Shown here: piece after piece, positions 35,343 to 63,983 of the stretch
Layout of the letters: every line of letters starts with the position of its first letter
How positions within the stretch are numbered: position 1 is the stretch's first letter
Assembly (NCBI GenBank): GCA_033442325.1
Contig: JAWQFM010000014.1
Coordinates: forward strand, 1,140,901-1,204,883
Direction of reading: 5' to 3'
DNA from: Salpingoeca rosetta
Lineage: Eukaryota; Protista; Choanoflagellata
DNA: 63,983 bases
Program-made: the position numbers and the translations under genes
The notes under the pieces: generated by a model
The model's input: the letters and a program-made list of their open reading frames with translations, nothing else
Database searches by the model: none
What the model was told of the DNA's origin: nothing

Positions 35343-35585
35343 CGTGCGTGTGTGTGCGCGTATGTGTGTGCGCGTATGTGGTTTGGTTGGCGCACCAGGA
35401 TACCGGCGAAGATGGCGGACATGAGGCCGTTGACTTGCGGCAGAATCACCTGCGCAGCCCGCGACATGCTCCTGCCGACAGGGATCGGTGGAGCCGGTGG
35501 TCGTGAGAGCAGCGATGGCCACGGCTGTACACGGTTGCGTGCGCATGTCTAACATTCACAAAGACACAGATACACAGACACAGAC

Positions 35586-35620
<35 letters not shown>

Positions 35621-35621
35621 G

Positions 35622-35670
<49 letters not shown>

Positions 35671-36504
35671 NNNNNNNNNNNNNNNNNNNNNNNNNNNNNN
35701 NNNNNNNNNNNNNNNNNNNNNNNNNNNNNNNNNNNNNNNNNNNNNNNNNNNNNNNNNNNNNNNNNNNNNNNNNNNNNNNNNNNNNNNNNNNNNNNNNNNN
35801 NNNNNNNNNNNNNNNNNNNNNNNNNNNNNNNNNNNNNNNNNNNNNNNNNNNNNNNNNNNNNNNNNNNNNNNNNNNNNNNNNNNNNNNNNNNNNNNNNNNN
35901 NNNNNNNNNNNNNNNNNNNNNNNNNNNNNNNNNNNNNNNNNNNNNNNNNNNNNNNNNNNNNNNNNNNNNNNNNNNNNNNNNNNNNNNNNNNNNNNNNNNN
36001 NNNNNNNNNNNNNNNNNNNNNNNNNNNNNNNNNNNNNNNNNNNNNNNNNNNNNNNNNNNNNNNNNNNNNNNNNNNNNNNNNNNNNNNNNNNNNNNNNNNN
36101 NNNNNNNNNNNNNNNNNNNNNNNNNNNNNNNNNNNNNNNNNNNNNNNNNNNNNNNNNNNNNNNNNNNNNNNNNNNNNNNNNNNNNNNNNNNNNNNNNNNN
36201 NNNNNNNNNNNNNNNNNNNNNNNNNNNNNNNNNNNNNNNNNNNNNNNNNNNNNNNNNNNNNNNNNNNNNNNNNNNNNNNNNNNNNNNNNNNNNNNNNNNN
36301 NNNNNNNNNNNNNNNNNNNNNNNNNNNNNNNNNNNNNNNNNNNNNNNNNNNNNNNNNNNNNNNNNNNNNNNNNNNNNNNNNNNNNNNNNNNNNNNNNNNN
36401 NNNNNNNNNNNNNNNNNNNNNNNNNNNNNNNNNNNNNNNNNNNNNNNNNNNNNNNNNNNNNNNNNNNNNNNNNNNNNNNNNNNNNNNNNNNNNNNNNNNN
36501 NNNN

Positions 36505-36545
<41 letters not shown>

Positions 36546-37190
36546 CACGCACTACACACACACACACACGCACACACACACACACGCACACACACACACA
36601 CGCACACACACACACACAGGCACCCACAGGCAGACGCACACGCACACACACACACAGGCACGCACATACAGACCGTCAGGGGTTGGAATCTTGATGCGAT
36701 TCACGTCGGCATCGGAAGCTTCAGAAGCCGCCAAAAACTCTTGCAGCTGCTGGTCCGTGTTGGTGACCTTGGCGATCAAGATGGCCGGCAGAAACTGCTC
36801 GCAGCAGTCATGAAATGACCGATGCCATGGTTCATTACACAGGAAACCGTGCATGAGATGCATGCATGGCATGGAGTGTGTGTGCGCGTGGCGTGTGCGT
36901 GCGTGTTTGTGGTTGTGCGTTTGCTCGTGCGTTTGCATCTTGTGCGTTTGCATGTTCATCAAACACAGATCAGGTGCAGTTGTGTCACGATCACCATCAC
37001 CACAATGACATCACAGGCTTACAAAGAGTGGCGTCACGAGGAAGGTCTTTGCAAGGAAGAAAAACCCGACGGTGAAAGCCACAAAGGAAAATGGCACTGC
37101 CACAAAGCTGTGCAACAGTGTGTACGGCTGCGTCCACTGCAACAGCATCGCCTGCGCCAACAAGGCGCTGCCAACCAGCAACCCCTGCAT
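34006..37190 (-). CDS. Membrane-anchored alpha/beta-fold hydrolase (ABHD/Bem46- or DUF818-like); central exons fall in the gap
   Basis: N-terminal TM MQGLLVGSALL..FVAVPFSFVAFTVGFFFLAKTFLVTPLF|FLPA..RIKIPTPDG. After the gap: RSMSRAAQVIL, GWQLDAVD, acid motif IYHPRDEVLP and His motif PCHMYPL..SFVHD*. The nucleophile elbow is not visible (presumably in the gap). Confidence 0.6.
35671..36504. other. Assembly gap (834 N) between CA repeats
   Basis: N run. Confidence 1.
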
Positions 37191-37403
37191 CGTCGTCGTC
37201 GTCTTCGTCGTCGTTCACACACAAACAACACTCGAGCAAGCCAAGCAAGAAGCAAAAACGTCAGCAGCGTCCGGTCGCATCCACGGTTCACGACACGATA
37301 AAATGTTTCACCGACAACAATTTCCCCCGTTCTTTTTTTTCTTGTCTTGTGCTTGGGCCCGTTGCATGCGCCTCACGTGCTCGCTTCTGCGTGTAATCTT
37401 GTG

Positions 37404-37419
37404 CCTTTTTCGTTCCCCT
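37404..37419 (+). promoter_or_regulatory. Candidate polypyrimidine initiator / 5'TOP (CCTTTTTCGTTCCCCT) of RPL10A
   Basis: Pyrimidine run about 120 nt upstream of the RPL10A ATG. Confidence 0.35.
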
Positions 37420-37526
37420 GCCACCATCGCGCACGCGAGACCCACACCGCCAGCACACTGCTCTGCCACCTCGTCCCCTCATTGTGACAACACCACACCA
37501 CACGCAGCAACACCAGCACCGCCACC

Positions 37527-39278
37527 ATGAGGTTCGCGCGTGTTGTTCTTGTTGCTGTTGTCGCTGATGTTGTTGTTGTTGATGATGATGCGATGTGAAC
37601 CCAGCACAGCAGGGGCACGCACACGCACACACACACGCACAACACAACACAACACAACACAACACAACTTTAGACATCAGGCACATTGTGCCCTTGTTGT
37701 CTGCTGTTGCTGTTGTTGCTTGTGGTGTTGCTGGTGGTGTTGTTGTTGCTGCTGCTGTCTCTGTTGCTGTTGTGGCAAGTGTGCATTATTGGAGAAGGGA
37801 GGGCCTCTTCACACCCTTTGTGGCTGTGAATGCCCGCGGGTTGTTGTGCGCTGTCTTCGACTCTCTGTTGCTCGCTCTTCCTGCGCTTGTCTCTTTTTTG
37901 ATTGTGGTTGATGGCCTCTCCTTGTTCTCCTGCCCCCCTTGTTCTTCTGGTGCCTCCCACCTTTATTTATTTCTTGCGTGATGACGAGAAGTTGGTACCT
38001 TGTCTCTCTCTGAATTGGTTGTGCACTGTCCTTGGCACAAAGTGCGACATCATGATGAGAAAAGACAAGTTGCCTTCTGCTTTGTTGTTGCAAGTGTTTT
38101 ACGTGTGTGGTGGCTTCACCTACACCACCGTCTGTTGTTTCCCGATTGCTGTTTCTTGAGTTGTTGGCGAATCACTTCTTGTTCTTCCTCCCCAATGTGT
38201 TTCGCGCATGCACTTGTGTCGGCTCACTTTGTGTGTGTTTGCGTGCTTGTCTTCATTCCACTTCACAGCAAGGTTTCCCGCGACACCTACGAAGAGGCGA
38301 TCCAGGCCCTCCTCAAGCACTCCCTCAAGCAGAAGAAGGTGTGTGTGTGCGTGTGCGTGTGTGTGTGCGTGTGCGTGTGTGTGTTGTGCTTGTACAACTC
38401 GCCACTCCACAAACCCTTGTCTTTCTTTCGTCCTGAGCCCATTCTCTCAACTCCCCATCTTCTCACCTTGCTTTTTGTCTCACACCCACTCTCGCACGCT
38501 GCGTAACTTGGTGTGTTTTCGGCCACCACAGCGCAAGTTCCGCGAGACGGTTGAGCTTCAGGTTATGCTGAAGAACTACGATCCCTCCCGTGACAAGCGC
38601 TTCAGCGGCACCGTGCGTCTGCCCGGCATTGCCCGCCCTGGCATGAAGGTGTGCGTGCTCGGTGACGATGCTCACTGCGACGAGGCCAAGGCTGCCGACA
38701 TTCCCTGCATGGACGTCGACTCCCTCAAGAAGCTCAAGAAGAACAAGAAGCTCGTCAAGAAGCTGGGTACGAGTGTGTGTGTGGTTGTGTGAGAGAGAGT
38801 GTGTGTGTGTGTGCCCGTGTTTTGTCTGTGCGCGCGTGTGTTTGTGTGAGTGTGTGTTTGTGTGTGTTTGTGTGTGGCTGTGTGAGCGAGTGTTTTGTAC
38901 ACTTTGTTTCTTTCCCTCCTTCCACCTCTCCTTCCCCCCTCTCCTTCCCCCTCTTCCCGCCTCCTCAAACACCACAACCAGCCTTCCGTCTTGGCCCGAC
39001 ATATCCCATGTCGAGATGCCATTTCTTTGTGCATGGGAGAGTTACGTTGTCATACGTTGAGTATGCGGCGTTCATTCGTCCGTTGGCGCTGCTTAATAAG
39101 TCTGACTATACTCTCCATCCTTCAAACCTTTGAAGTTTTGTCCATCTCCATCCTTCCCTCCTCCTTCAATTCAATTCCCTTGCACACTTGAACGATCCTT
39201 TGTCCTGTCTCCCCTCGACGCATGCATCCCCTTTCACCTCACTCACCCCAACCAAACACACACACACACGCACGCACG

Positions 39279-39350
<72 letters not shown>

Positions 39351-40000
39351 CACACACATCCTTACCCCCCACCCCATCCCCAAAACCACAGCCAAGCAGT
39401 ACGATGCGTTCCTTGCGTCGTCGAAGCTTCTGAAGCAGCTGCCTCGTATCCTTGGGCCTGGCCTCAACAAGGCTGGCAAGTTCCCCTCCCCCGTCTCGCA
39501 CGAGGAGAAGCTGCCCGAGAAGGTTGACGAGCTCAAGGCCACGGTCAAGTTCCAGATGAAGAAGGTGCTCACGCTCGGTGTCGCCATTGGTCACGTCGAC
39601 ATGTCCGAGGAGGAGCTCATCACCAACTCCATCCAGGCCGTCAACTTCCTCGTCTCCCTCCTCAAGAAGGTTTGTTGTGTTGGCAACTGGTGGTGGTGTT
39701 GTGTGTGTGTGTGTGAGTGTGTGAGTGTGTTTACCTACTTGTGGTTACTTTTGCGTGCGTATTGTTGTGCTTCCTTTTGCGTCCATACTGTTGTGCTGCC
39801 TTTTGAGAACATGCGCACCTGTGCCAATCAGTGCTCTTTCCTTCTTGTTCACACCCTTCTTCCTCCTCACCACCAACTCATCCCCCCCCCCAATCACACG
39901 CTCTCCTTGCCATCACACCCCCCCCCCCCAACAGAACTGGCAGAACGTGCGCTCCCTCAACATCAAGAGCACCATGGGCCCTCCCCAGCGCATCTACTAA
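37527..40000 (+). CDS. RPL10A: 60S ribosomal protein L10a (uL1); 5 exons, the first coding only ATGAG
   Basis: gccaccATGAG|gt..ag|CAAGGTT gives MSKVSRDT..; [29 protein letters not shown]; [11 protein letters not shown]; KFQMKKVL; [21 protein letters not shown]. Confidence 0.98.
37978..38078 (+). ncRNA. Candidate intronic structured RNA with box C / D' / C' (K-turn) motifs, RPL10A intron 1
   Basis: GTGATGA at 37978, CTGA at 38010, ATGATGA at 38052; CTTGTCT/AGACAAG stem. No clear terminal D box. Confidence 0.35.
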
Positions 40001-40217
40001 GCGGATGCTGCATACATGTGCCTTGGTGATGAGTGGATTGTTTTGACCTTGCTGTGTTTGCTTGCTGTATTGCCGATGCTCCCTCAACAACCGAGTGACT
40101 GAGTGGTGGTTGCAGTACACAGAAACGCTGGTCCTTGAGCACAGTCTAATTGCAAACAGCGCAGACCAAGACGGAACTCGACACACATACATACACACAC
40201 ACACACACACACAAACA

Positions 40218-40300
<83 letters not shown>

Positions 40301-40521
40301 GCAACACAGCGCTGACGACAGCCAGCGTCATCAGCATACACAACACGTGTTTCTGCTGGCAGCGTTGCAAAATTTCAGCAAGTCCAATTGGATTTGCTGT
40401 TCTTGTGGTGGTGTTGTTGTTTTGCGCCGTCCACTCCGCTCCTGGGATCCAGCTCACTGTCGTCCGGATCGATCTGCACTGGAAGCCAGAAACAGGAAAG
40501 TACCCCAACAGGAACACCACC

Positions 40522-59579
<19,058 letters not shown>

Positions 59580-60128
59580 GCACCATGGCCTCGCCATTGC
59601 TTGCAAGCAAAGGCCTACACCAACATCTGTTTGCGCTACGTTGACCCGTTGTTTCTGTTCTCCCCCTCTCTTCTCAACTCAGCCCAACTCGTTCGTTTCC
59701 ATGCAGCGTTCATTGCATGTGTCGTGTCTTGTCGGGTTGTGTCGTGTCGTTTTCTCTCCCACGACAACCCTTCATTCTCCCCTAACGGCTCAACCCCACC
59801 ACATCCATCGCTCTTCTTCCAACAGCGCTCGTAGTACAAAACCCTCAATACACAGCTTGAATGACACGCAACAATGCAAAATCCAGTGCCACGCACACGC
59901 GTGTTGGCAGTCAACACCAACCAAGCAAGCAACCAATAGATGAACGGAAGGGAAGAACCAAACACCAGCGGCGGGTTCAAGGGTTCAATAACTGTCGCAC
60001 CAACACCAATCAAGGTGCGATGCAATAAAAGCAAGATGTGGGGTGTAGAGCAAGCACCAAATAACGTCGAGGTCAGGTAGAATCAACACAGGCACTCAGC
60101 CAGACAGACACACAGACACAGACACACC

Positions 60129-60179
<51 letters not shown>

Positions 60180-60212
60180 CACACACACACATACACACAC
60201 ATACACATACAC

Positions 60213-60243
<31 letters not shown>

Positions 60244-60346
60244 AACACACCACAACAGAACCTATTCTAAAGCATGAGAATGAAATAAGAGGGGTCACTT
60301 CATGTCAGCCCCCCACGGGACCGAAACAGTAACAGGGATGAAGTGC

Positions 60347-60840
60347 TCACACGAAACTGAAGCGTGTGTTTGCTTTTGGGCTCGCGGGTCGTGATGATGT
60401 TCGGTTTGTCCAGTTGTCTTCATCCTGGTCGTCCTTGTGACCCATCATGTAGACCATCATCATCTGATCGCGGTCGTTTGGCGACATGTCCGCAACAGCC
60501 GTGTCGTCGTCGCCACCAAAGATGCCCAGCCCCGTCACGTCCAATGCCTCCACGTTTCCAAAGAGCGACGTCCTGGATGGCTTCTGCTCCAACGGACTTT
60601 CGTGACCGCGGTGCAGGCCGTCTGTCGATTTGCTGTTACAAGCACAGTCGCGGTGATGTTCGTGCATGCGTATTGGGTGAGGGAGAGAAGGGGGGAGGTG
60701 TCTGTGAGCACCTGCAATGTGATCATACACAGACGACGCAAACATTTGAAGCAGAGACGAGTGTTGGTGCAGTTGTATTACTGCTCATACAGACACTGTT
60801 ACACACACATACACAAGTGTGCACACACACATACACAAGT

Positions 60841-60907
<67 letters not shown>

Positions 60908-63114
60908 AGTGCACACAGGCACAGGCAGACATGAACGAACTCACAATGATGAGAGCGATTCGAGCAGGCTCGAGTTGATGGCCTGCTGCAGTTGTTCTGA
61001 GAGCGCCGGCAAAACGGGGCGGTCTGGGGGGTTGGCATCCCAACACGACTTCATCACCTGACACAATCAATACAAGATATGATGCAAGCAATACGAAACA
61101 TGTGGTAAGTGAGCGGATTTGCCCCCTCATGGTGCATTTCCCCAGCAACAAGCATGCATGCAGGTGGAGACGCACGCAATACGCACAGTTGCACAGTAAT
61201 TCACACACACACATACACCATACACACACACACGCACGCACATACTCACACGCACACACACACACACACATACACACGCACACACGCACACACACGCACA
61301 CACACACACAAACTCAAGACGCGCACCTGGTAGAGCTGCATGGGGCAGGCCTGCGGTCTGGCGAGCGTTCGGCCAAGCTTTGCAACGTTCTGCGCAACCT
61401 CTGCATTGCTGAATCCAGCCCAAGGCTGCTGCCCATACGTGAAGAGCTCTGATTCATGAGGTTGCACAACGGAGGAGAGGGTAGGGAAGGAGGGGGAAGA
61501 AGGGGGACGGCAGGGAAAGGGAAGGGGTGGTTTCGAATGTGAGCATGTGAGCATGTGAAACAAGTGCAGGAAACAGCACGACGCACCATCACATTGCAAC
61601 ACAACCACACACACACACACACGCGCAAATCACGCTATTTGTGTTGTTCAAACACGTGTACGTGTGCCACATCAAAAAACTCACCCCATAGAACGACGCC
61701 GAGCGAATATGTGTCCGAGGCAAAGTTGAAGACGCAGTCAGCGATGGACTCCGGTGCCTGTTGGATGAAGCGTTTCCACGCAAGAGAAGGGCAACACCCC
61801 ACAGGAAACGTAGCAGCCGTGCACGTGAGAGAGGGAAAAAGGGTGACCCAACACCACCACGTAGCAACAACCATAAACACAACGCACAGGTGCGCAGGTG
61901 TGCATTCGCAGTGCCGGTGTGGCCATGACGTACCATCCATCGCACTTGCAACAAGTCGCTCAGGACAGCTTCCGACAGCTTCTCCGTGTCAATGCGACCT
62001 GTGCGAAGCACGCATTCAAACAAACAGCGGCAAGGTTTCGTAAATGGGTAAGGTGACGCCTGCAGGCACACGCACCTCATTTTTCCACGCTGTTCAAGCA
62101 GCCAAACAAAGAAACCTCGAAAGTAACAGCGTAACAACGATTACGATAACAAGCAGAACGACAGTCATCAGGCAACCACCAACAAGCACTGACCTGGTTT
62201 TCTCTTGCCTCCACTGCTTTTCGTTGGTTTCGGGAGCACAATCGCCGCCGAGAAGCCGCCAATCTGCAACTGTCCATTCTCGTGGACGAAAATGTGCGCG
62301 GCGCACAGTGCTGACACCCATCATCACAGATGTGCGAATGAATGCATGCAGGCAAACACGCGTGAGCGGGACGAGAATCACAACCGCGTGGGCGCGAGCA
62401 ACATTGACAAAAAAAAATGCAAGGTTGTTTGGATTGAACAAACACATGTGCCATCGCATGCACGCAAACAGTAGCTCACCTCGATGCACGATTCGCCTCT
62501 CATGCACAAACGACAGCCCAGCAATCACCTGATGTGGCGGGGAACAAACGCATGTAGATGCGTTAAGAATAACATAGCACCAGAGACACGATTTACCGCA
62601 CACCATTGTTTGACGCTTGTGCTTCAAAGACAAACACGGGTACAGACACGAACGCAAGCAAACACGCGCACGCACGCACATAGGCTAGCGCGCGCACATA
62701 GGCTAGCGCGCACACACACGCACACACACAAGTGCACACACAAGTGCACACACACAAGTGCACACACACACACACACAAGTGCACACGCACACACACCTA
62801 CACACCTGCGTGGCCAGCTGGACGAGCTGTGGCAGATCGATGAGCGCGGGTCGACCGGGGATGGCGCGAGAATCAAGGAGGAGGCGGTGGAGGGAACACC
62901 GCTTTGGTGACACAACAATAAACGCCAAGCGCTTGTGTATGTGCACGCCAATGAGCTCGATCACGCGGTGGTCACTGTTGCGAAGGGCGTGGAGCGCGCA
63001 GACCTCATTGCGCAGAACCTGGGGTGACGTGTGCGCAAGAAGATACATTTGTTCGGCACGTGAGGTGCGACGCAAGCGGAGGGCTCAAAACGTGCCCAGC
63101 ACAGGCATGCAAGC

Positions 63115-63165
<51 letters not shown>

Positions 63166-63653
63166 ACACACACACAAAAGTGTTTCAAGTACACGCACAA
63201 CCACAAGCACAAGTACTTCAAGTACGCACACATACACACACGCACACACAACCACGCTTGGAGCACATGGGCAAGGCCTTACGTCAAGGTGGTCTCGGTC
63301 TTGCGGATCGCGGAGTTGCTTGATGGTGATGGGTTGTTCAACCATGCACCTTGCCTCCGCATTCCACTTTGGCATGTGTCCTGCGAACACATCAAAGAAG
63401 GGGTCTGAAAACAGCAGCCGCACCGCCAACACCGACGAACTGTTGCGAATCGTAAACGCGCCAATATCCGCTGCGAGAGAGAATGGGCGTATGTGTACAC
63501 ATGTGTGTGGGTACGTGTGTGAGTGAGAAAGCGTGTAGGGGAGCGAATAAACGGGAGTGTGTGAGTGAGGGTCGACAAAGCAAAAACAACCCCCCCCGGC
63601 GGTGTTTGCGTGCGCGCGTGTATTTCTCCGCGTGCCTGATACTGATTGTGTCC

Positions 63654-63722
<69 letters not shown>

Positions 63723-63898
63723 CTTTCTTTTCTTTCTTGCTGGCGAACGATGAGGCAGCCACTGATTCATTTTTCACACTTCCCTCTCTCTCGCACACAC
63801 AACGTGTCAAGGCTGCCAAGCACACTGTCGCTTCCGTGCCCCTACCCACCATCACCTGCTGTGCCCAGATTACAATCGCACGACGCGCTGCACCCCAT
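60347..63898 (-). CDS. Tyrosine-kinase-fold pseudokinase with N-terminal MGCxxS acylation motif
   Basis: MGCSASCDCNLGTAA|DIGAF..ITIKQL..|VLRNEVCAL..VIELIGV..LVQLATQ|VIAGLSFVHERRIVHRA|LCAAHIFV..QIGGFS..LQVRWM|APES..SDTYSLGVVLW|ELFTYGQQPWAG..LARPQACP..|VMKSCW...RP. An alternative in-frame ATG is at 63931. Confidence 0.85.
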
Positions 63899-63983
63899 CC
63901 CGTCCCTTGTCCCGTCTCCCGCCTCCTCCATTTTCTCCGTCAGCAGCACGCAGCATATGATCGCACCAACGAAAGGTGTGTGA

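Noticed and set aside
37981-38014. ATGA...TGA as a SECIS element
   Set aside because: Intronic, helix II too weak, no apical AA, and no in-frame TGA was needed in any gene model.

Overview
Eukaryotic, intron-dense genomic DNA whose introns are filled with (GT)n/(CA)n microsatellites. This architecture, the GC-rich exons and the holozoan-type gene set (SNX25, SGSM3-like, KIAA2013, tyrosine-kinase fold) are consistent with a choanoflagellate such as Salpingoeca; this assignment is inference. Most short ORFs in the supplied track are repeat artefacts, so gene models were rebuilt by hand from GT-AG junctions. Twelve protein-coding loci are supported: RNASEH2C (-), KIAA2013-like (+), SNX25-like (+), a bacterial-type AlkK/DmdB-family acyl-CoA ligase with an added mitochondrial-type presequence (+), an intronless 4xC2H2 transcription factor (+), a GT32 glycosyltransferase (-), a PDZ/partial-TBC/RUN SGSM3-like protein (+), a GINS1/Psf1 C-terminal fragment (-), a membrane alpha/beta hydrolase (-), RPL10A (+), a >50-exon STAND protein (+) and an MGCxxS-acylated tyrosine pseudokinase (-). 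The most striking element is the STAND protein: PH, Q-rich linker, degenerate NACHT with a Cys-rich insert, DUF4062/TIR-like domain, intact NACHT, then TPR. It sits tail-to-tail with the predicted membrane-anchored pseudokinase. Also notable are polarised complementary repeats at intron ends and structured elements in RPL10A introns. There are three N gaps. All homology calls come from motif recognition, not database searches.
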